Positions 53,548 through 64,000 of a stretch of DNA of 64,000 bases are shown in pieces; positions within the stretch are counted from its first letter, which is position 1, and the number at the start of each line of letters is the position of its first letter. The stretch covers positions 36,828,001 through 36,892,000 of the forward strand of contig OX597820.1 in the NCBI GenBank assembly GCA_951406725.2, read 5' to 3'. The DNA is from Octopus vulgaris (lineage: Eukaryota). Both the position numbers and the translations under genes were made by a program. The notes below the pieces were generated by a model. That model was not told where the DNA came from. It made no database searches and worked only from the letters and a program-made list of their open reading frames with translations.

Positions 53548-56006
53548 GTCTACCATTTTAAGTTAGTGGTAGATTGATCTCTATGTTTTAACAGTTCAAT
53601 AGAATAGAATTTGCTGTGTAAGTTTCATAAGATAGAAACATGCACCAGTGAGTTTTAAAGACCAGATCCACTTCTATCTGTATCATTGTTTACCCAAAAT
53701 TTTAAGAGTTGATCTTATTGGAATCTTTCTTTTATATTTGAATCACCATCATCTAGAGGGAGTTTCTGTCTATTAACTGCATATATAATGTCTATATGTG
53801 TTGTATTTGATTTTAGCATGCATAACGCTGTCTTGAGGGATTTCCTTCAGTGCCATTACCTTCATTCTACTTCTATATATATATATATCAGTACTAACTG
53901 TTAAATATGTAAGATCCTACAATATGTATTAAGTTTTAAATTAGACTACGACAGTAAAATGCAAAGTTGAGAAAGTCGTTTCTTGTGGTAGTTTTGTGCG
54001 TAGAATCAGAAAATGAACTCCGTTTTAATGAAAATTACTACTTTTGCTTTTTAGTAATCCTATCAATTTTTAAATTTTGTATGTAAAAGCTCTAAAGATT
54101 TTTTATTTTACAGGACTTTTCAGATAACTAAATATTCATTTAATAACTTTAATATGCCTAAAAGGGCTTACAAAAATTCTCCAGATAAGTTTTGTTACGT
54201 TTGTAGAAATTATGTGATTAAAGAACATCAGCGAAGTTTCACTACTCTTACCAAAAAACTTTACCGCCTAAAGGCCAAGTTGGAGACCAAGAGAAGAATT
54301 GGGTACCTCACATATGTTGTAAAAACTGTTCAAGCTTGCTGTGAAGATGGCTTAATGGAACACAAAAGCAGTTGCCATTTGGTGTTCCAATGGTTTGGAG
54401 GAAGCCTTAGGACCACACATCAGACTCTTACTTCTGCTTCGTTGACATAAAAGGTCAACTTTCAAAATTTTTATTTATATTATATTATAATACTTATATT
54501 ATTATAATTTGTATTGAATTTATTCTCTGTAATATTAAAATTTTTAATTCAACTTTTTTTTCAGGTCTCACCAAGAAAAGTGGAAAATCCATTGTATATA
54601 GTAAACTTCAGATTAGTTGTGTGTAGTGTGTCCCATTCTGCAGAGATACCACTTCTTGAACCGCCTTCAGAAATGCATCCACCATCCAATTCATATGACA
54701 CAGATGCAGGACTCATACGAACTAGCACAAGCATTATTAGAACCAAAGTTTTTTAGGCAGCCAGAATTAAATGATTTAGTACGGGATCTAGGTTTAACAA
54801 AACCGCAAAGTGAATTATTCGCCTCTCGGTTTCAAGAGAAAAATTTACTAGAAAAGGTTGTAAGGATTATGAAAGTTAGAGCTTGATATGATAATTTGCA
54901 GCATTTTTCAATGGAGAACAACTTGTGTTTTTGCAACAATATTCAGAGATTGTTTAATGACCTTAATATTGTCTATGATCCAGAAGAATGGAGATTGTTT
55001 ATCAATGTGTCTCTATACATTACTAAAGCTGTTCTGTTACTTAATGGCAATGCTTTCCCATCTATACTCATTGCACATTCTGTAATTTTAAAGGAAACCT
55101 ATGAAACCTTGGCTTTTATATTAAATAAAATCAGCTACGATAAACACAAATTGCTCTGTGCTGATTTAAAAGTAGTTGCGCTGTTAAATGGACTGCAAAC
55201 TGGCTATACAAAATACATGTGCTTCCTTTGATATGGGATAGTAGGTCAAAAGCAAAGCACTATATCTGTTCAGAATGGCCATCATGTGATGTTATTTGGG
55301 AATCTCTTGTCAAAAAAGAAAGAGCTCTGTTGCCTCCACTACACATTAAATTAAGTCTCATGAAGCAATTTGTTAAAGCTCTAAAACATGATCAGCCAGT
55401 ATTTGAGTATCTAAAAGGTAAGTTTCCTAAGTTAAGTGATGCTTAAGTAAAGGAAGGCATCTTTGTTAGATTGCAAGTTTGTCAAATTTGCAAATTCGTT
55501 GGCAGTGATTTTGATTCAACTATGAGTGCATTAGAGTTAAATGCTTGACATAGTTTAAGACCGTTTGCAATGGTCTGCTTGGAAAATGTAAAGTTGAAAA
55601 CTGTAGAACCTTTGTGGACAAACTAATTCAATCATATTAAATGCTAGGTTGTAATTTGTCTTTAAACATCCATTTTTTACATCTGCATTTTGATTTTTTT
55701 TTCCTGGAGATGCTGCAGATGTTAGCAATGAGCATGGAGAAAGATTCCATCAAGATAAAGGAAAATGGAGTCCTGCAATGCTTGCAGATTTCTGCTGGAA
55801 TCTCCAACATGATAAACCAGATGTTAAACATAAAAGGATGCGAATATATAGTCAACAATAAACTGAAACAAAGACTCTTATAAATGAATGTTCTTTTTTC
55901 CATTTTTGTATATATGACAATGTGTCTGCATGCAGCAAATATGTTTAATAATGAAAAATTTTACATAAAACTCATGAAATTAGCTAAGTATTTGAAATTT
56001 AAACTA

Positions 56007-58800
56007 TCTATCTAGGTCATCCCACAGGATACCCCAACACTGTTTCCACACGTTTTCCCCATTCATCTCGATCTTCTATAATGGTCCTCAGCTCCTGTAC
56101 CCCTTCCATACCAGTATCTTCCAGCAAGTTGTCAATATAGGTCGTCTTCCTCCTTCCTCTCCTGGTTCTTCCTTGTGTTGGTTGCCAGAGAACTAGCTTG
56201 TTAGAAATGCAGTGTCCAGCTAGCCTACTCCTTCTATGCTGTATCTTCAGTGTTACTTTTGGTAGTACCTGGTATAAGTCACCATTTGTTGTATGACTCT
56301 TCCAGGATCCATTGAGTGCCATTCTAAGCATCCTCATATAACAAACGTCCAACTGCTACTTCAATGCTATAGTGAACGTCATGTTTCAGCCCCATATAGA
56401 AGAACAGACTACTGTTGCCAAAACTTTCAATTTCCTTGTTAACTTTGAACTCCATACTTTTCTCGATTTGTGGCATGTGCTCCAGGCAGGAGCTCTCCTT
56501 GCTTCGATGTCTTTTTCAGTACTTTGTGCCCACACACCAAGGTATTTGAAATTTTCAACTACCTTCAGCAACTGACTGTCTCTCACTGACATAGGCATTT
56601 TCATGGTTGAATACTTGCAGCTGTTTTCTTTGCATTATAGTATAACCCTACCTTCCTTGATTCCTGCTCCAATCTGTTTAGCACCTCCTGTGCCTGATCT
56701 GTCCTCTCTGTTAGTAATGCCAAGTCATCATAATAGTCTAGGTCAGTTACTGTTAATGCCTGATGCTGTCTACTTCTTTGCCTATGTAGTTTGAATCCCA
56801 GTTCTTTCTTGCCCTTGAACATTCTACGCATTACATTGTCCAGAACGATGGTGAAGGGATAAGCTGCTAGCATGTCACCTTGTAATACTCCGGCTTTGAT
56901 TTCAAAGTATTCCGTCTCTCCATCAGGAGTGATCACTTTCACTCTGGTGTTCTCGTACAACTTACTTATTGCTCTCAAAATTATTGGTGGAATATCGTAT
57001 GCTTTAAGTATCTTCATCATCATTCCTCTATATACTGAATCAGTCTTGTAAGTGCAACAATGTGAGATGTTGACCGTCCTGATCTGAATCCATTTTGATT
57101 TGGTCGCAATTGTTTGTCTATCTTATGTTGTATTCGGTTAAGTATCATCTTGTTGACTATTTTTGCAACAATGGAAGACAGAATGATCCCTCTGTAGTTC
57201 CCAGTATCACTTAAGTCTCTAGTTTTGGGCAGCGGTAGCAAGTCTATCTCAGACCATTGTTCTGGCTTCAAAATTTCATTTAGTAGTTTGTTTGCAAATT
57301 CAAGGGTAATGTCTAAATCACATCTTTTTAGTACTTCTGGTGGAATGCTGTCAGGACCAGTTTGTTTTCCTTCTTTCAGGTTACTTGTAGCTCTTTCTAT
57401 TTCGTTTTTTGTGAAGTCTTTATCTTCAATTTACAAACTGTCAAGTATCTTTGCTAATTCTTCATTTTCTGTTTCACTGTCAACTTCTGGATCCTTCCCA
57501 AGTAAGTTGTAGAAATGAGTGTACCACTTCTTGATTCTCTCATCCTTTGATTTCCCTTTGATGATTCCCTGCTTTGTGACCTGTGATGGAGTTAATCAGC
57601 CTCCAGCTTTCTCTGTGCTTACTCTTTGCATCTGCCTTTCCAACCTGAGAGATCATTTCACCCAGTTCCTCTTCTTGAATCTCTTGGTACACATGTTTTA
57701 GATCTCCTTTCTTTGTAAAGTTTGTTTAGTATCATTGTTGGCAGCTTTTTGATAGTTGCTGAATGCCTCTTGTACTTCACTGCATATTTTTTCTACCCTA
57801 GGATCATCAGCTAACTTTCTCCATTTCATCCTCTTCTTTATCGGTATCAGTTTTGCTGCCGCTTCTTCATTTGATTGCACAAACTTGCCATATTGTTCTG
57901 TAACAGTATTCCTGTTGTTGGATCGTTCAGCAAATCTGTTATGCACTGTAACTGTTTAAAGCTGTTGAAGTTCTGTATTTCACAATGTAGACTAATTGTA
58001 GCATTCTTTTCTTGCAAGAGTTTTGCTTGTACGTAGACTAATATGTAATCTAGCTGTCACTAAGCGATGGTCACCTACTAAGTTGTTATATGCTTCTACA
58101 TTGTGCACAGATTCTTCCATTTCTTATTAACCAGTATGTAATCAATTTGGGACTGCTACCATTAACGTCAGCGATAAATGTCCATTGTTTTCCTTTCTTT
58201 TTCTTGAACAGAGTGCTAGCAATGCAAAGATTACATTCCACCACATGATCCAGGAGAAGCTGGTCATTCTTGTTAGTCTCCCTATGCATCCTTGACTAAA
58301 TGAAGATTAAAATCACTGCATTCTTTGGTAACATGGTGTTTTGGTATTACATTGATGACATTTGTCAGTGTTTCGTCATGCTCCTCTGCACACTTGCCTC
58401 CCACTGTGGGTGCATAGTTAATAACTACTGTGGTGGATGGGTTTCTATTGAACATGGCTGTGACTATTCTGTCATTTACTGGTATTACTTTGGCCAAAGC
58501 TTTCTCTGCCAAACCGTTGATTACTAATCCTACCGCTCCTACTGCTTCACCATTAGTACTTCTCTATACACTTGTTGTTATTAGTGTGCAGCCCTCAAGT
58601 CATTCAATGAGAGTAGGGTCTTCTTCATGCACTATCTTGTGTTCAAGTACTCCAAAGTTGTTTAGTTTGCATTTGTTAAAGTCGTTAGCCATCTCCAGAC
58701 GTTTCTCTTTTTTCCTAGGTGTTCTTACATTGAGTGTTCCAATTTGCAGGTACTTTTTACTATTCATAAGTTTTTAAACTAAGATTTATTTTTAAACATA
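56007..58800 (-). mobile_element. Near full-length but inactivated RTE-like LINE (APE + RT) with 12-bp TSD
   Basis: IGTLNVRT, INYAPT, DFN, QNGFRSGRST, GVLQGD, YYDD and FKYLG motifs in broken frames; (TAGA)n tail; aaatttaaacta at 55995-56006 and 58801-58812. Confidence 0.9.
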
Positions 58801-58821
58801 AAATTTAAACTAATATACTAA

Positions 58822-59556
58822 TATAAGCGAACCATACGATCGTGGTCGTTGCCGGCGCCGCCCTGTCTAGCCTCCGTGTCGGTGGCACGTAAAAGCACCA
58901 TCCGTTCATGTCCGTTGCCAGCCTCACCTGGCCCCCGTGCCGGTGACACGTAAAAGCACCATCCGTTCGTGGCCGTTTGCCAGCTCTGTCTGGCCCCTGT
59001 GTCGGTGGCACGTAAAAGCACCATCTGTTCATGTCCGTTGCCAGCCTCGCCTGGCCCCTGTGCCGGTGACACGTAAAAGCACCATCCGTTCATGGCCGTT
59101 TTCCAGCTCTGTCTGGTCCCCGTGTCGGTGGCACGTAAAAGCACCATCCGTTCGTGTCCGTTGCCAGCCTCGCCTGGCCCCCGTGCCGGTGACACGTAAA
59201 AGCACCATCCGTTCATGGCCGTTTGCCAGCTCTGTCTGGCCCCTGTGTCAGTGGCACGTAAAAGCACCATCCGTTCGTGTCCGTTGCCAGCCTCGCCTGG
59301 CCCCCGTGCCGGTGACACGTAAAAGCACCATCCGTTCGTGGCCGTTTGCCAGCTCTGTCTGGCACCTGTGCGGGTGCCATGTAAAAAGCACCCACTACAC
59401 TCACGGAGTGGTTGGCGTTAGGAAGGGCATCCAGCCGTAGAAACACTGCCAGATCTGACTGGGCCTGATGAAGCCTTCCAGCTTCGCAGACCCCAGTTGA
59501 ACTGTCCAACCCATGCTAGCATGGAAAACGGACGCTAAATGATGATGATGATGATG
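58822..59556 (+). mobile_element. RTE-related SINE with expanded internal tandem array and 7-bp TSD
   Basis: Family core and (gat)n tail; atactaa at 58815-58821 and 59557-59563. Confidence 0.85.
58881..59393 (+). repeat. Tandem array of alternating 61/62-bp monomers (four 123-bp dimers)
   Basis: GGTGRCACGTAAAAGCACC-like units start at 58881, 58942, 59004, 59065, 59127, 59188, 59250, 59311 and 59373. Confidence 0.95.
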
Positions 59557-62500
59557 ATACTAAAAATATAAACATCCTGATATATTAAAACTTTAAGACC
59601 AGTCCCTACAAGGTTTATTTAATTAGAAAGTATAAGCTGAAGTATTTAATTGCCATTTGCTAAAAATTGGTGGGTGATAGAGAAAATCTAACTGCAGATT
59701 CATTTTTAGCACACCCAATTTCATAAGGCTGCAAAGATTTTAGTCTGCATAATAAAAAAAAATTATTGTACAGTGCTATTAGTGTGTTAACAGTCATTAG
59801 TTTCATTGATATAATGTATATGAGAACTTAACCAGTACTCTGTTATGATGATAGTAAAGAAGCCTGTGTTTTATGTCAGTGGATAGAAGTAAGTAACAGC
59901 TGTATATGTGCTCTGATTCTCATAGGAATTGTCATCAGCAGTTGTATATACTAATTCTAAACCTGCTAATATGTTTTTTATCGTTATGACAATTCTTTTT
60001 ACCAACAAAGATAATAATTACATATATAATACGTATGTATATGATACATATATAATATAAAACATATTTGATATTAAACTACAAATCCCAAACTGAAGAA
60101 AATACAAACATGAGCAAAGAAAGAAAAACAAGAGAAAGAGGAAGAAAAAAAAAACATGAATTCAACTCTCTTTTGCACAAGGCCAACAATCTTAGGTTCA
60201 GGTAGTTAATTACATCAACCCCAGTGCTTGACTGATACTTATTTTATTAACCACAAAAGGATAAAAAGCAAAGTTAAACTCAGCAAAATTTGAATTCTGA
60301 ATGTAAATTGCTGGAAGAAATACCACTATGCACTTTGTCTGATGCACTATCAATTCTATCAGTTCACTGTCTTAAAAATGAATGAATTGTACATACACAT
60401 AGACACACACACCCCCACACACATGCACACACACACACACACACACACACATCTATATACACGTGTATGTGTAGTGTAGATTTATTAGGTTGGTGGTACA
60501 AGCATTCGAAACTGAACTGACTTTGTTTTGTTGTTCTTTTAGTCATTTAGAAAAGAGCAAACAAAACAAGAATAATACTTTGATTAACTTGCTTAAATTC
60601 ACATCCTATTGACAGTGTAAGAAAAAACAAAAACGAAAAATAAGGGAAGGATTCTATTTTATGTTTGAGTTACTCTAATTAGTACAAAGAAATGTTTGAC
60701 ACTTATATCATACACATGCGTGTGTGTACTGGTTTACATTTGTGCTCTACAAAAGTCACATCCTAGAAATGGTGTTGTTGTCAACAAATTGTCTGTATTT
60801 TGCCTTTTAAGACCCATCTTTACTTGAAGCACGGGTAGTGGTTAGTAACAGTAAGGGCATTCCAGCTGGAAATCATTTCCTCAATAATAGATTCATCCAA
60901 CCCATGCTACCATAAAAAAATATGTAAAAAAAAACCACATATACCTAATGTTTTTGTTAGAGTGAATTTCGGCTTCCTTAGATCAGCCTTCACCACTTCT
61001 CACGTTTCTTTCAGCCTACCTCATTATTTTAACAAAGAGATTGCATGTTTATACTAACATAGTCTTTTCCTTTGCACATTACAGTTGATTCCTCTTATAC
61101 CCATTTTGCATCTTTCATTTCATCTATGCTTAGTCATTTCATATGTATATATACTAACATTACACATACAGCAGATATGATTGGTTCATTTTTTTCCAGC
61201 TTCTAAACATCCTCATTTAATGTCTATGTTTTGTTCAATATTACACAAACACCAAACAATCTGCCTTTTGTCCCAGGAGAAAATCTCTTTGGTGTCCAAA
61301 CCAATAGCTCCACTATGGCCACAGCCTCTGAATGGAGCATATAAAAGTAACATATATAACGGGCCTCTTACACTTTCTGTCTTCAAATCCACTCACAAGG
61401 CTTTGATTAGCCTGAGGCTATAGCAGAAGACAGTGGCCCAAAGTGCAATATGGTGGGACTAAACTTGAAACTACATGGTTTGGGAGCAAACTTCTTAGCC
61501 ACACAGTCATTTCTCTTCTTTTTATTCATATTGATCATAGCTACTTTGCAGACAGGATTGAGTTCTGTATTCTTTCTTACTGAGATTTTTTTATCTTTGC
61601 AATGATTACTTTCAGACTTTTTGATTTTAGGCATGATTCCATTTTTTGAATTTTTTTCTCTAAGTCTTTGATTAATCCAGCTATATGAACTATGTCTTTG
61701 GTATATAAAAATTCTCATTGTTGACCAGTCTTTAGTTCTTTTGCTATTGCTTAGAGAATTGTAATTAACAGGAGTGAAACAAGAACCAAGTTCTGTTGGT
61801 CAATTAAATTCTTTGCTAAACTTGTTGGTAACTTTCACCATTCTAACATAGCTTGCAGTTCCCACAACTATTCTTCCACACTCAGTTTTTTTAGCAGCCA
61901 CTAAACTATAAAGCATGGTACTTTGTTAAAGACCTTTTCAAAGTCAACAAATGCTAAATATAATGGTTTGGTCTTTGGAAAGATCTTCTGTAGTTGTCTA
62001 AAAAGAAGATATTAGTGATCCTTTATCTTAACAAAAACCTAAACAGCAATTAATCTACGTTAATTCTCTTGTTAATTCGCTGTGCTTTAATGCTTTCTAT
62101 CATTTTCATAACTTGGTTCAAGTCAATGCCTCTGTAGTTGCTTCTTTCTAGACCTGTAATATTTGAATATGTACTACTCTGCCAGTCATTGGAAATGACT
62201 ACATTTTATTTATACTCATTGTACTGTATAAACAGTATTGTGTTGTTACATATGAAATCAATTCCCAAGACGGTAGAATTGTTAGCATGTTGGAAGAATA
62301 TCTTCTGATATTTCTTCCAGCTCCTTACATTTTGAGTTGAAATATTGCTTGGGTTAACTTTGCCTTTCATCCATACTGGGCCCATAAAATAAAGTATTTG
62401 GTAAATAGTGTTGATGATACCACTTGAGTCACTTGCTTCAAAAGTGCTAGCTTTGTGTCTTAATTAGAAATATATTAATTCAATTCTAAAATATCAATTG

Positions 62501-63599
62501 ACTTGTATGCTCTCTGTTATATACTACTACATTAATCTTTATATCTTTATCATATTGACCTCCATACTTTTTAATTCTTGTCCCTCCTTTTTGATGGGTT
62601 TTAATCACTGCCACTCTAAGGCACTCAGTAGATATCTGATATATGTATGTTCTGTCTTGCTGCCATGCTTTCACCAGGAGTACAATTTCAGTGAAAAGGA
62701 GAGAGCTGAGGAGGGAACCATGGTTAACTCCTAGTTGTAAATTGACTTATGTACTGACTATTTCCAGTTTCGATTTTGCTGATAATACTGTGCATAATTT
62801 GAAAGACTTTAATAATTAATTCCACGCCATCATCTGCTACTACAAAATAGCTTGTACTCCATTAATCTCCATACCACTGCTTCCTCAGTTTATCCAATAT
62901 ACCTACTCTTCCTATGCAATACCTCTCATCACCTAAACACTGGACATTAACTACATGTTCTTCACAGTTATTGGTACTATGACTTTTTCCATTACATATT
63001 TCACAAAACACATCTCCATCTCATCCTTACATTTCCCATCCATATAGAAAGTATTTGCAATTGCTTATCAAATGCTCTATAGTAATCTAATCACAATTAG
63101 ATAAACAATGTCATAAATATTGTTGATAATGTCATTCTTTTGTTGTTAGGGTACTTTTTTTATGAGTATCTTTAGTCATGTCACCAAGTAACCTAGAATA
63201 AAAAGACAGTATAAAAGATAAGGATTGATTAAATATCAACATAGTGAACTAACTTGATAAGAGACATTGCAAATGAATTACTACTGACAGTAATGTTCTT
63301 GTGTCTCTTACAAGGTTGAACTTGGTTTTGATTTTCTTCTATCACAATTTTAATTATTTTAGAATATTCCTTCTCTACTTCTCATTGTGTTCAACATTTT
63401 CTCATTAAGAGCCCTGCCAGAGTAAGCTTATCCTGTGAATTCACCATATCATTGTATAAATTACTTGAACAGTTTCTCTATAACTTGTAGTACAATAATG
63501 TAATACTTAAATAGTTAAAGTTAAGGATGAATATAAATTTAAAATGTTAAATGTAGGGTGAGAATGTAAGTTAAGCCATTTATTACCATTTTTCTTTTG

Positions 63600-63790
63600 A
63601 AAGACTGTTTTAATTTCTTTTGAAAATAATGAAGGATTTTATAAAATAACTTTGTTATTATTAAGCTAGTAGTGTTTGACACATAAATTACCATGAGGTT
63701 TTCACTGGAGATTTTAATTTAGATCACTTTAAAACAGAAGGTTTGTATCACAGAACTAAGGTTGTCTCAAGCTGGTTGATATCTAAAGGT
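63600..63790. mobile_element. MITE-like repeat fragment; inverted homolog at ~50010-50190
   Basis: tggagattttaatttagatcacttt is the reverse complement of aaagtgatctaaattaaaatctcca at ~50063. Confidence 0.6.
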
Positions 63791-64000
63791 ACATGCTATG
63801 ATTAAGTACTCAGTCAAGGCTGTAGGTATTAATAATGTAAATTGTTGACTAAAGACCTTGTAGCGGTAGCTGATATCCTCACTGAGAAACACAACAGGAA
63901 TGATCTCGTTTGAGATTACAGCCATGTTTGGCTGGGTTGTTCCTGCTGTGTCCACTGATCTGATTGGTTGACATGTGGCGCGGTTTGTCTCTACTTATTT

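Larger units (their letters stand above)
53944..59775 (+). mobile_element. Decayed Chapaev-type (CMC superfamily) DNA transposon, transposase remnants at 54154-55850, interrupted by nested insertions
   Basis: NSPDKFCYVC, ELNDLVRDLGL, EEWRLFI, ADLKVVALL..GYTKYMCFL, LPPLHIKL, FPKLS and HFLHLH motifs; right end ..ttgtacagtg at 59775. The left end is approximate and the superfamily is assigned from motif recall. Confidence 0.7.

Noticed and set aside
58888-58895. Shared CGTAAAA between the SINE repeat unit and the ZNF upstream motif
   Set aside because: Only 7 bp in AT-rich DNA with different flanks; chance cannot be excluded.
58818-59509. CRISPR-like array or repeat-protein genes
   Set aside because: The spacers are only two alternating near-identical sequences, there are no cas genes, and the array lies inside a SINE with a TSD. 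The ORFs follow from the 123-bp period.
59776-64000. A further ZNF unit expected ~11-12 kb after Z5
   Set aside because: No finger DNA or conserved 3'-flank block recognised; the cluster ends here or continues beyond the window.

Overview
AT-rich, repeat-dense eukaryotic DNA. The SINE families and the zinc-finger cluster look like an Octopus/cephalopod genome (inference). The window holds a head-to-tail cluster of five minus-strand C2H2 zinc-finger genes spaced 11.3-12.3 kb apart (ORFs ending at 3730, 14986, 27290, 39041 and 50323; called Z1-Z5 here), plus the 5' end of a sixth paralog at 1-710. All five share a reconstructable two-exon layout: a short non-coding exon 1, one intron, and a large exon 2. 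A conserved ~19-bp motif lies upstream of exon 1 in every unit except Z1. Exon 2 opens with a uORF whose ATG is at exon position +20 in every paralog, followed by decayed fingers and then 10-14 intact fingers, with no KRAB/SCAN/BTB/ZAD domain. In Z1, Z2 and Z4 the ORF starts at an internal Met inside a dead finger helix. Spacers contain decayed RTE, CR1 and Penelope-like retroelements, a Tc1/mariner fragment, foldback MITEs, many SINEs, and a Chapaev-type transposon with a nested RTE LINE and a SINE carrying a 123-bp higher-order repeat. A 38-bp locally templated insertion is also visible. Gene models are inferred from paralog comparison by eye only; no expression data are available.
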